In this document: piece after piece, positions 32,874 through 41,714 of the stretch | Position numbering within the stretch: position 1 is the first letter of the stretch | How the letters are laid out: each line of letters starts with the position of its first letter | From: an uncultured Chloroflexia bacterium | GTDB lineage: Bacteria; Chloroflexota; Limnocylindria; Limnocylindrales; CSP1-4 | Reading direction: 5' to 3' | Assembly (NCBI GenBank): GCA_963715245.1 | Contig: CAVQRM010000001.1 | Span: 643,188 to 707,187, forward strand | Length of the DNA stretch: 64,000 bases | The notes under the pieces: generated by a model | The model's database searches: none | Told to the model about the DNA's origin: nothing | The model's input: only the letters and a program-made list of their open reading frames with translations | Made by a program: the position numbers and the translations under genes

Positions 32874-33623
32874 TCAGTCGCCCGCCGGGACCGCCTTGAC
32901 GACCCCGTCGTCGTAGCTCATCGCGAGCCGCTCGCCGGGCTGGAGCACGAGCATGTCGTCGCCCCAGTCGCCGTCGAGCAGGCGGCGGAGCAGGACGAGG
33001 CTGCCCTCGACGGTCTCGAACGCCCAGCCACGGCGCCCAGCCTGCGCGCGTGCAATCGACGCCGGCCCATCCTCGCCGGCGACGCCCATCGCGATGAACG
33101 CCGCCCGTCCGTAGTGGGCCCGCCAGGCGCCCATGACCTCCATGAGGTAGTCCGCGTTGTCCTCGCCGTACTTCGCGACGTACTCGGCGCGCACGACCTC
33201 GAGGCCGTCGTCGGTGTCACCGCCGACACCGCTCCCCGCGGGCCCGTCGCGTGTCCCGTCCGCGCGCTCCAGCTGGTCCGCCACGTACCAGTAGGTGGCC
33301 GGCATATCGCGTGTCTCGGCGTCGTACCGCTCCCGCGCACCGAGGAACAGCGTGATGCAGTCGTGGGCGCGGGGGAGGACGACGGGCACATGCCGGGCCT
33401 CGATTCCCGCGGTCGCGCCGCCGCACAGGCCGTATCCCAGGACGACCGCCTCGGCCGTGGGCGGCGCGTCGTCGATCGCCGCCTGGAGCCGGGTCCGCAG
33501 ATCCCGCGGGTCGTTGTGGAGCCCGCGGCGGAACAGCGTGACGTCCACGACGTGCGGCGATCGGGCGGCGCACAGGTAGATCGGACGCGCCATCACGTCG
33601 CAGGCGATCGCATGGATCCGCAT
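32874..33623 (-). CDS. DUF1638-domain protein (family recurrently linked to corrinoid methyltransferase loci)
   Basis: MRIHAIACDVMARPIYLCAARSPHVVDVTLFRRGLHN…GYGLCGGATAGIEARHVPVVLPRAHDCITLFLG… Start at internal Met of ORF 32874..33686. Confidence 0.55.
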   Translation of the reverse strand: MRIHAIACDVMARPIYLCAARSPHVVDVTLFRRGLHNDPRDLRTRLQAAIDDAPPTAEAVVLGYGLCGGATAGIEARHVPVVLPRAHDCITLFLGARERYDAETRDMPATYWYVADQLERADGTRDGPAGSGVGGDTDDGLEVVRAEYVAKYGEDNADYLMEVMGAWRAHYGRAAFIAMGVAGEDGPASIARAQAGRRGWAFETVEGSLVLLRRLLDGDWGDDMLVLQPGERLAMSYDDGVVKAVPAGD

Positions 33624-33727
33624 CCCGAGATCGTAGCGCCGCCTCCGGCCGGTTGGCCCCTGTCGCCCGGGCCGCACATGTGGCACCGTGGACGCAGACC
33701 CGCGATGGCCGGGCGGGAGGAAGATCG

Positions 33728-34198
33728 ATGGTTGAACAAGACGCAGGCGCCGGAGCCCAGGGCCCCTCGACCCGCTGGGTCCGGCTCGAACGCAGCCTCG
33801 ACGCGTCGGCAGAGCGCGCGTTCCGCGCGTGGTCCGATCCGGAGGAGCTCGCCCGCTGGCTCCCGGAGCGGATCGAGGGCGCGCTGGCCGCCGGGACGCG
33901 CAACGTCCTCCTGTGGTCCAGCTCCCGCACCTGGTGGGAGGTGCAGGAGGTCCACCCCGACGACACCTTCGTCTTCCGGCGGCCAGCCACGCCCGACGGG
34001 GCGCTGGTGACGACCGTCCGGGTCGGCGTCCGCTCGATCGGCTACGGCTGTCGCGTGGAGCTCGAGGACGGACCGTTCCAGGTCGACACCCCGGCGGGGC
34101 TGGAGGCCTGGGCGGCAGCGATCCGCACGTGGGCGGAGACGCTGACGATGCTCAGGGCCTACCTGGACTTCAGCGTCGACGTCCGGCGGCGGCCGTAG
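33728..34198 (+). CDS. SRPBCC (AHSA1/START-like) domain protein
   Basis: ~155 aa. …RAFRAWSDPEELARWLPE… is typical of Activator-of-Hsp90-ATPase-like/polyketide cyclase fold proteins. Confidence 0.45.
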   Translation: MVEQDAGAGAQGPSTRWVRLERSLDASAERAFRAWSDPEELARWLPERIEGALAAGTRNVLLWSSSRTWWEVQEVHPDDTFVFRRPATPDGALVTTVRVGVRSIGYGCRVELEDGPFQVDTPAGLEAWAAAIRTWAETLTMLRAYLDFSVDVRRRP

Positions 34199-34211
34199 GC
34201 GAGGCGGCGGC

Positions 34212-34566
34212 GATGGACGCCCGGCTGGTCGCGTTCGGCCTCATCGAGGTCGAAGGGCACCGATACCCGCACGACGTCGTCATCGAGCGGGGTGTGGTCC
34301 GCAAGCGCCGCAAGAAGCCCTCGCGTCCGCACCGTGACCGCTACGGCCACACGCCGTTGTCCGTCGCCGAGGCGATCCCCTGGCACCGCGGCCGGCTCGT
34401 GGTGGGGACCGGCGAGGCGGGCATGCTGCCGGTCATGCCCGAGGTCCTCCGCGAGGCCCGAAGACGAGGCGTCGAGCTCGTCACCGTCCCGACCGAGGAG
34501 GCCTGCCACCTGCTCCGCGAGGTTCCGGCCGAGCGCGTGAACGCCATCCTCCACGTGACCTGCTGA
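34212..34566 (+). CDS. Mth938-like (DUF498) domain protein
   Basis: ~118 aa: …LVVGTGEAGMLPVMPEVLREARRRGVELVTVPTEEACHLL…. Confidence 0.4.
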
Positions 34567-34638
34567 GCCCGCCCGACTCGGGCGGTGGACGGGCAGCTCG
34601 ACTCGCCCCGCCAGCCCCGCCGCCCGGACGGCGTCGCG

Positions 34639-35271
34639 CTACGCGCCGGTGAGCGCCTGCCTCGCGACCTCGACGGCGGTCGCGGCATCGGGCGCGTAGC
34701 CGTCCGCGCCGATCTCCGCCGCCCACTCCGCGGTGACCGGCGCGCCGCCCACGAGGATCCGGACGTCAGCCAGCCCCGCGCCGCGCACGGCGGCGACGAC
34801 GTCCCGCATCCCGGTCATCGTCGTCGTGAGCAGCGCGCTGATCCCGACGAGCCTCGCGTCGTGCTCCTGGATCGCCGCGACGAACCGCTCCGGGGCCACG
34901 TTCGTGCCGAGGTCGATCACCTCGAAGTTCGCGCCCTTCCACATCATCGCGACGAGGTTCTTGCCGATGTCGTGTAGATCGCCGCTGATCGTGCCGATGA
35001 CCGCCCGATGCTCCGGACGAATGCCCGCGCCCACGAGCACGGGCTCGAGGATCAGCATCGCCTCCTTCATCGCCCGGGCACTGATGAGCATCTCGGGGAC
35101 GTAGATCTCGTTGCGCTGGAACCGCCCGCCGATGACGTCCATCGCACCGGTCATCGCGGCGAGGATCGCGTGCGGATCCACCCCCTCGTCGCAGGCAGCC
35201 TGCGTGATCGCCTTCGCTGTGGTCCGGTCGCCCGCTTCGACCGCGGCGGCGAGCGCGGCAAGATCGGCCAT
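34639..35271 (-). CDS. cobalamin-binding corrinoid protein, second copy
   Basis: DLHDIGKNLV (DxHxxG), …VGISALLTTTM…, …VRILVGGAP… Collinear with 25792..26460. Confidence 0.85.
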   Translation of the reverse strand: MADLAALAAAVEAGDRTTAKAITQAACDEGVDPHAILAAMTGAMDVIGGRFQRNEIYVPEMLISARAMKEAMLILEPVLVGAGIRPEHRAVIGTISGDLHDIGKNLVAMMWKGANFEVIDLGTNVAPERFVAAIQEHDARLVGISALLTTTMTGMRDVVAAVRGAGLADVRILVGGAPVTAEWAAEIGADGYAPDAATAVEVARQALTGA

Positions 35272-35284
35272 GGAACGCTCCTCC

Positions 35285-35857
35285 TCAGCCCCGCAGGGGA
35301 TAGGTGCCGTACGCCTCGACGGCGTCGACCATCGCGAGGACGTTTTCGGGCGGGACGTCGCCCATCACGGTGTGCACGGCGCCCAGCATGTACCCGCCCC
35401 CGGGCCCGAGTGCCTCGATCACGCGCTTCACCTCCGCGCGCACCTCGTCGGGGGCCTCGATCTCCTCGAGCGTGTATGCATCCGCGAGCGGGTGGATGCC
35501 CGGGAACCAGTCGTCGGGGCCCTGGTAGATGTGGCCGGCGCCCCAGTCGTCGATCATCGGGGAGCGGGGCTCACGGGCCATGTTGCGGTCGCGGACATGG
35601 GCGGGGAAGTGGTCCAGCACTCCCCTGACGTCCGCGTGGAGTCGCTCGTAGGTCGCCTCGTCCAACTTGGCGGTCCCAAGTTCCGGCCACTCGTAGATGT
35701 ACTCGTCCGGCGCGTCGACGCCGATGAGCTGCTTGACACCGCGGTACGTGACCATCTTGATCCCGGTCGCGTTCGATGGTCCGAGGACGATCGGCACCCG
35801 GTCGGGCTGGTCATGGGCGAACGTCGCGAGGACCCGCTCGCGCGGCGTCATGGGCAT
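35285..35857 (-). CDS. uroporphyrinogen-decarboxylase-like (MtaA/MtbA-type methylcobamide methyltransferase family) protein lacking the central ~150 aa; likely internally deleted remnant
   Basis: N-terminal …RERVLATFAHDQPDRVPIV…SNATGIKMV… and C-terminal …GGGYMLGAVHTVMGDVPPENVLAMVDAVEAYGTY… match the ends of URO-D/MtaA proteins (~340 aa). The uninterrupted ORF is only 190 aa. Confidence 0.5.
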   Translation of the reverse strand: MPMTPRERVLATFAHDQPDRVPIVLGPSNATGIKMVTYRGVKQLIGVDAPDEYIYEWPELGTAKLDEATYERLHADVRGVLDHFPAHVRDRNMAREPRSPMIDDWGAGHIYQGPDDWFPGIHPLADAYTLEEIEAPDEVRAEVKRVIEALGPGGGYMLGAVHTVMGDVPPENVLAMVDAVEAYGTYPLRG

Positions 35858-36098
35858 GCGAACCTCCGGGGCCGGCAGGGAACGAGATCCAGCCTACAGG
35901 CGCAGCCTACGAGCCGACCACCCGCAACCGACCCCAGCATCGGTCCCGAGCAGAGGGGTCCGATCGGCCCGCGTTGTCCCCGGGCTGGTTCGGGCGTCCG
36001 GGGTGAACCGGGTGGACCCATGGCGCGTATCGGCGTGCAAGCGGCGTGGTAGCGTCCGGAGACACCGGGGTGGACCACCGGCCCAGGGGAGGCAGGCG

Positions 36099-36503
36099 AT
36101 GGCAGGCAGCGGCACTCGCGAGGACCCGTGGCAGCTGACCACGGCCAACGGCGGCTCGGCATACCAGATGTGGCGGGACGAGGCGGCGGATCCACCCGTG
36201 CTCGTGTGCATGGTCGGGAGCACGAAGCTCAGCTACCACCTGCGCGCGATCGAGGACCTCCACGCGTGGCTGCAGGCGCAGGGCGACTGGGTGCCGCTCG
36301 GCGGCGCCGATGAGCAGAAGGCGGCTCCCGACGGGTCGGTCGAGGCCTGGGGCCGTTCCGAGGGCAACCCGGTCGGAGGCTGGTACGGCACCCGGAAGGG
36401 GTACCGGGGCCGGTTTGGCGTCTACCTCCCGCCGCTGCTCGAGGCGCTGGGGCTCGTCGAGCTCGAACACAACCCGAAGAACAACCGAGTGCGGGCGCGC
36501 TGA
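36099..36503 (+). CDS. hypothetical protein (~134 aa)
   Basis: ATG preceded by GGGGAGG. High GC3. No family recognised. Confidence 0.45.
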   Translation: MAGSGTREDPWQLTTANGGSAYQMWRDEAADPPVLVCMVGSTKLSYHLRAIEDLHAWLQAQGDWVPLGGADEQKAAPDGSVEAWGRSEGNPVGGWYGTRKGYRGRFGVYLPPLLEALGLVELEHNPKNNRVRAR

Positions 36504-36596
36504 GCGGCGCCGCCGGGAGCGGCCCGGGCGGTCTCCGCGGGCGATCAGGCACGGCTCTCAGGCATCCCGAAGCCGGGCAGGGCATCCTTAGCCGCG

Positions 36597-37745
36597 ATGA
36601 CGACCAGCCGACCCCGCCCTGAGCCGGCCAGCTCCGGACCCAAGCCCCGTCCCTCCGACGAGCGCGCCCAGCTTGCCGCCGCCGGCCGCACGACCAGGCG
36701 GATCGCGCTTGCGGCCCTGGTGATCGCGATCGCGGGCGCCGGGCTCGCGGCCTCGAGGTTCCTGGTCGCGGGCGGCGCGACGTGCCAGGAAGGCGCCTGG
36801 GATGTCCGCCCGGCGACGGCGGATCTCCCCGCCGGCTGGACGGTCAGCGCGGGCCAGTTCGACATCAACCGCCAGCAGGTCACGCTCCTGGGCCCGTTCC
36901 CTGAGGATGAGACCACCGCGCAGGCCGTCGTGTACACGACCATCACCTGCTTCCCGCAGGGCGCCGCGGACGCCGTCGCCCGGTCCGAGGAGGCGAGCCG
37001 CGAGGCGGACCAGCTGGTGACCCCGCGGGACGACCTCAGCGATGGCGGCTTCAGCGCCACGGACGAGAGCGGCGCGACGTTCACCCAGTTCCGCGCCGAC
37101 AGCGTCGTCGTGTACATGGCCGCCTCCGCGGACGCGTCCCCGGCCGAGGTCGATGCGATCGCATCGGCGTTCGACAAGGCGCTCGGCGGCGACGGTGGCG
37201 CGATCGCCGTCGGAACGCCCGACCCCGGCGTGGTGGAGCCGTCGGACGGCATCGAGAGCGCCGAGCCGTCCGAGGAGGTCCCGAGCGAGGTCGCGGCCGC
37301 CCCGGAGCTCGAGGCGCGCCTGCCGACCGAGGTCGCGGACATCGCCCTGAGCGTGGACAGCGCGCTCGGGACGGACGTGTTCGGCGAGGACTCGTCCAGC
37401 CGCGCGATCATCGCGGCACTCCGCGCCGAGGACAAGACGCCCGAGGACGTGACGCTCGCCCAGGCCTACGACGAGACCGGTGCCGCGGACCTGTCGATCC
37501 TTGCCGTCGAGGTGGACGGCCTGCCCGAGGACAGGACGCAGGCGATCATGCTCGACTCCTGGCTGGCCGCCTCCGGGGCCGGGGTCAGCCGTGAGCCGCA
37601 GACGATCGCCGGCCGGGAGTTCATCGTCGTGGACTACGGTGACGAGGGGACGAAGGACTACGTGCTGGCCGAGGACGGCGCCGTGATCATCATCACGACC
37701 GCGAGCACGGAACTCGCGAACGCCGCCGCGGCCGCGCTTCCCTGA
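36597..37745 (+). CDS. membrane-anchored acidic (Asp/Glu/Ala-rich) protein of unknown function
   Basis: Basic N-terminus, then a single TM (IALAALVIAIAGAGLAA), then an acidic extracytoplasmic region. Confidence 0.5.
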   Translation: MTTSRPRPEPASSGPKPRPSDERAQLAAAGRTTRRIALAALVIAIAGAGLAASRFLVAGGATCQEGAWDVRPATADLPAGWTVSAGQFDINRQQVTLLGPFPEDETTAQAVVYTTITCFPQGAADAVARSEEASREADQLVTPRDDLSDGGFSATDESGATFTQFRADSVVVYMAASADASPAEVDAIASAFDKALGGDGGAIAVGTPDPGVVEPSDGIESAEPSEEVPSEVAAAPELEARLPTEVADIALSVDSALGTDVFGEDSSSRAIIAALRAEDKTPEDVTLAQAYDETGAADLSILAVEVDGLPEDRTQAIMLDSWLAASGAGVSREPQTIAGREFIVVDYGDEGTKDYVLAEDGAVIIITTASTELANAAAAALP

Positions 37746-37879
37746 CGGCCCGCGTCGACTTCGGCGCGGACGACCCGGTCGCACGCGTCGGCCGCTTCAC
37801 GCCGCGCTCCGGCGATTACGATCGCAGGTGCAAGCGGGATTGCATGGTCCAGGCAATACCGTGGCGGTGGAGGTGCCGG

Positions 37880-38440
37880 ATGCGCGAGGCGCTGGTCGCA
37901 TGGGCAGCGGACTGCCGGTTGCGCGGGGAGGTGGACCTCGACGAGGGCCGCCTGTCCGACCAGGTCAACGACCGTGAGCTGCTCACGTTCTTCGGCGCGA
38001 CCCTCGAGGCGCTCGAGGATGGGCACGAGGTCGCCGTCGACGAGCTCGAGGTGGAACGCTGGGAGCTCCACCTGATCGAGGTGGAAGGGCGGCAAGGGGA
38101 CCCCGAGCGGCGCCTGCGCACGATCCCGGACCCGGTCAGGCTCGAGGTGGGCCCGTTCGTGGTCACCGGCAACCTGCACCGGCCGCCGTCCTCGCCGACG
38201 CTCGCCGCGCTCCAGCGCCGACAGTGGTTCGTCCCCGTGACCGACGCCCGGATCGACCTCGCCGACGGCACGCGTCCGCCCATCGAGCGGTCCGTGATCC
38301 TCGTCAACAAGGAGCGGATCGGCAAGTCGCAGGCGCTCGAGGACATGCCTGCATCGGAGCGCGACCTGGTGGACATGCCGCCAGGCGCGGTATCGGACGT
38401 GTCGGCGGGCGCGGCCGCGGCCGGGGGAAGCGCCGGCTGA
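37880..38440 (+). CDS. hypothetical protein
   Basis: ORF 37844..38440 with coding-like composition. Internal Met start chosen. Confidence 0.35.
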   Translation: MREALVAWAADCRLRGEVDLDEGRLSDQVNDRELLTFFGATLEALEDGHEVAVDELEVERWELHLIEVEGRQGDPERRLRTIPDPVRLEVGPFVVTGNLHRPPSSPTLAALQRRQWFVPVTDARIDLADGTRPPIERSVILVNKERIGKSQALEDMPASERDLVDMPPGAVSDVSAGAAAAGGSAG

Positions 38441-38474
38441 CGCTCCACCCGACCGCCGCGCGGCTTCCCGGCGG

Positions 38475-38879
38475 TCAGTGCGCCGGGATCACCGGGCACT
38501 CGAACAGCTTCACGGGCGTGCTCGCGATGGTCAGCATGCCGGCCCCCGCGTACGCCTCCACCTGCTCGGCGCTCGTGAGCTGGACGGGCGCGGTGTTCCA
38601 GGTCACCGGCAGGACCATCCAGCGACCGCCGTTGAAGTCCCGATCGCCGGGCTTGGCCTCGGCGACGTTCACGAGGCCCTCGCCGAGGACGTAGATCCGG
38701 TCGTACGAGTGGGCGGGTGCGCCGGTGCGCGAGAAGTCGGTCGGGGTGCCGACGGTGCGATAGCGGTCGCCGTCGACGTAGAACGCGAGCGACGGCGGAC
38801 CACCCGCCGCGACGGATGTTGCAGCGATGGACAGGAGCATGGCTGCCGCGGCGGTGCCGGCGGCGAGGCGACGAAACAT
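38475..38879 (-). CDS. small secreted protein (signal peptide, possible Tat-type RR motif)
   Basis: MFRRLAAGTAAAAMLLSIAATSVAAG… followed by ~100-aa domain. Confidence 0.5.
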   Translation of the reverse strand: MFRRLAAGTAAAAMLLSIAATSVAAGGPPSLAFYVDGDRYRTVGTPTDFSRTGAPAHSYDRIYVLGEGLVNVAEAKPGDRDFNGGRWMVLPVTWNTAPVQLTSAEQVEAYAGAGMLTIASTPVKLFECPVIPAH

Positions 38880-39034
38880 GGGTGACCTCCGTGCCGGCGT
38901 GTGGCGGCCGGCTTGCCGTCCCGGCGACCCGGGATGCGGCGGATGCTCGACCCGGACCCGAGACCGGGCGATGACGCGCCGTCACGGGGGCGTCACCGTT
39001 GCGGATCAGGCTCGGGCCGATGATGATCACCCTC

Positions 39035-39760
39035 ATGGCAGCCGACACCGCCCCCATCCTCGTCGTGGACGACGACCCGAAGATCGTCGCGCTCGTGCGC
39101 ACCTACCTGGAGCGTGAGCGCTACCCGGTGGTCACGGCGGGCGACGGCCGAACGGCCCTGCGCCTGATCGAGGAGGCGGAACCGCGGCTCGTCGTGCTGG
39201 ACCTGATGATCCCCGAGATCGACGGCCTCGCCGTCGTCCGCCGCGCCCGGGAGCTGGGTGACGTCCCGATCCTCATCCTCTCGGCGCGCGGCGCGGTCGG
39301 TGACCGGATCCTCGGGCTGTCGGAGGGGGCGGACGATTACCTGCCCAAGCCGTTCTCGCCCGCCGAGCTCGTCGTCCGGGTCCGGACGATCCTCCGCCGA
39401 GCGGAGCGACGGGCGGGCGGGATCGCGCCCGGCGTCATCCTCGCGATCGCCGACCTGGAGCTCGATGCGTCACGGCACGAGGTGTGCGTGGCCGGGGAGC
39501 CGGTCGTCCTGTCCGCGCTCGAGCTGCGGCTGCTCACCGCGCTCCTCGAGGCCGACGGGCGGGTGCTGACCCGGGACCGGCTGCTGGACGCGATCCACGG
39601 GGACGGCGAGGGCGACGTGACCGACAGGGCGATCGACCAGTACGTCAAGCGCCTCCGCGAGAAGCTGGGCGACGACCCGGCCGAGCCGCGGTACGTGGCG
39701 ACCGTGCGCGGCGCCGGCTATCGCGCCGCGGGTCCGGTCGAGCGACGGGCGGCGGCATGA
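39035..39760 (+). CDS. OmpR-family two-component response regulator
   Basis: Receiver (…ILVVDDDPKIV…LDLMIPEIDGL…) + winged-helix (…VDQYVKRLREKLGDDP…TVRGAGYR…). Confidence 0.85.
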   Translation: MAADTAPILVVDDDPKIVALVRTYLERERYPVVTAGDGRTALRLIEEAEPRLVVLDLMIPEIDGLAVVRRARELGDVPILILSARGAVGDRILGLSEGADDYLPKPFSPAELVVRVRTILRRAERRAGGIAPGVILAIADLELDASRHEVCVAGEPVVLSALELRLLTALLEADGRVLTRDRLLDAIHGDGEGDVTDRAIDQYVKRLREKLGDDPAEPRYVATVRGAGYRAAGPVERRAAA

Positions 39761-40836
39761 CGGCCACCCGCCGCTCCCGCGACCGGATCTGGGCGCGCTT
39801 CCTCGTCGCGGCGATCGTCGTCGCGGCGGTCGCCCTCGGCGTCGTCGCCATCGGGGTGCTCCAGGTGGGGGCCTCGTCGTTCGCGGCGCTGATGATGGCC
39901 GCCGGCGACAGCGCCGAGCACGCCCACGAGATGTTCGACGCCAGCGTGGCCGTCGTGTTCGGGGTCGCCGCGGTCGTCGCGGCCCTCCTGGCCCTGCTCG
40001 TCGCGATGCTCCTGGCCCGCCGGCTCGCCCGGCCCGTCGAGCGGATCGCGGATGCGGCCCGGCGGCTCGCCGACGGCGACCTCGACGTGCGCGTCCACGA
40101 GGAGGGCCCGCAGGAGCTGCGCGATCTCGCCGCCGCCTACAACGCCATGGCCGAGCGCCTGCAGGAGCAGGAGGCCGTTCGCCGCGAGTTCATCGTCAAC
40201 GCCTCGCACGAGCTCCGGACCCCGCTCACGAACCTCCAGGGCTACCTCGAGGCGCTGCGAGACGGCGTCCTGCCCCCGGACCCCGCGACCTTCGACTCGC
40301 TCCGGGAGGAGGTCGACCGCCTGACGCGGCTGGCCTCGTCGCTCGACGTCCTCGCGGGTGCCGGGTTCGAGCGCGGGCCAGCGGGCGACGTGGATGTTGG
40401 TGCGACGGTGCGGGCCTCGGCGGATCTCGTCGCGCCGGTCCTTGCCCGACGCTCGATCACCCTGCGCGTGGACGCCCCGCCGGGCCTGCTCGTGCGTGCC
40501 CGATCCGACGAGCTGACCCAGGTGCTCGCGAACCTGCTCCAGAACGCCGTCCGCTACACCCCGTCGGGCGGCGAGGTGCAGGTCGTCGTCGATCGCGCTG
40601 AGGGCGGTGTGCGCGTCCGGGTCGCCAACACCGGGCCCGGCATCCCGCCCGAGGACCTGCCCCGGGTCTGGGAGCGGTTCTACCGCGTCGAGAAGTCGCG
40701 GGACCGATCGCGCGGCGGCGCGGGGATCGGGCTCGCGATCGTGCGCCAGCTGGTGGAGGACGCCGGTGGCCGCGTCGGTGTCACGAGCGAGGGCGGCTGG
40801 ACGACGTTCTGGCTCACCTTCCCGGCCCGCGCCTGA
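39757..40836 (+). CDS. sensor histidine kinase (two TM, HAMP, HisKA, HATPase_c)
   Basis: ATGA start/stop overlap with the regulator. H-box …FIVNASHELRTPLTNL…, G-boxes …VANTGPGIPPEDLPRVWERFYRV…GGAGIGLAIV…. Confidence 0.85.
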   Translation: MTATRRSRDRIWARFLVAAIVVAAVALGVVAIGVLQVGASSFAALMMAAGDSAEHAHEMFDASVAVVFGVAAVVAALLALLVAMLLARRLARPVERIADAARRLADGDLDVRVHEEGPQELRDLAAAYNAMAERLQEQEAVRREFIVNASHELRTPLTNLQGYLEALRDGVLPPDPATFDSLREEVDRLTRLASSLDVLAGAGFERGPAGDVDVGATVRASADLVAPVLARRSITLRVDAPPGLLVRARSDELTQVLANLLQNAVRYTPSGGEVQVVVDRAEGGVRVRVANTGPGIPPEDLPRVWERFYRVEKSRDRSRGGAGIGLAIVRQLVEDAGGRVGVTSEGGWTTFWLTFPARA

Positions 40837-40923
40837 CGGCCGACGCGCCGGCGTCATCGGCGCGTCATCCGGGTCGTGCACGATCGCGGCGACCCGCGCA
40901 CCCCGTTCCTGGAGCTCCCACCC

Positions 40924-41632
40924 ATGCTGTCCTTCGGTGACCTGCTCGCCACCCTCTACGAGTACCGCGTGCTCGCCGCCGTCGCGTCGGCGGTCGTGGC
41001 CGCCACCATCCTCCTCGTTGCCTGGCGGGCCGGCTGGATCGCGGCGCTCCGCCGCCGTCCCCGTCTTGCCATCGGCCTGGCCGCCGTCGCCCTCGTCGTC
41101 GGCCTGCCGATCACCTGGTACCTGGCCTCCCCGCTGTTCATCCGCACCGAGCTCGTGGAGCCGCCGCCAGTCGCGGCCGTCGTGGCCACGCCGGCGCCCG
41201 AGCCGTCGACCAGCAGCCACGCCCGCACCGACCGCCTCGTCCTCCGGCCGCGCCCCCGTCGTCACGGTCGAGCCGACCGAGGCCCTGCCGACGCCGGAGC
41301 CGCTTGCCGCCCCGCGCTCGGGGTCGTTCAACGGCACGGACGAGTTCCACTTCGGGCGCGGCACGGCGACGCTGATCGAGACCGCCCCCGGCGAGTGGAC
41401 GATCCGCCTCGAGGACTTCAGCGTCCGCAACGGGCCGGACCTGTTCGTCTACCTGTCGCCGGACGCGAAGGACTACGCGAAGGGGGCGATCGAGGTCGCG
41501 CCGCTCAAGGCGACGGACGGGAGCTTCAACGTCCCGCTCCCCGCCGGGATGGACCCGTCGGACATGGAGAGCGTCCTCATCTGGTGCAAGCAGTTCTCGC
41601 ACCTGTTCGCCTGGGCGACGCTGGAGGCCTGA
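40924..41632 (+). CDS. membrane-anchored DM13-domain protein; apparent frameshift ~41225 in the linker
   Basis: N-terminal TM segments in ORF 40876..41754. DM13 domain (…GSFNGTDEFHFGRGTATLIETAPGEWTIRLEDFSVRNGPDLFVYLSP…) in the frame of ORF 40607..41632. Confidence 0.55.
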
Positions 41633-41714
41633 CGCCCAACCGGTCCACGCGCGCGGACCGATCGCTCCTAGAATCGGGTCCCGTCCCCGGCTCGCGACAC
41701 CATGGGAGTGACGA

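Noticed and set aside
35285-35857. Interpreting the short URO-D-like ORF as a frameshift artefact like the others
   Set aside because: The ORF is continuous from start to stop and the flanking DNA (573 nt total) is too short to encode the missing ~150 aa in any frame. It is a true internal deletion or a short paralogue, not an indel error.
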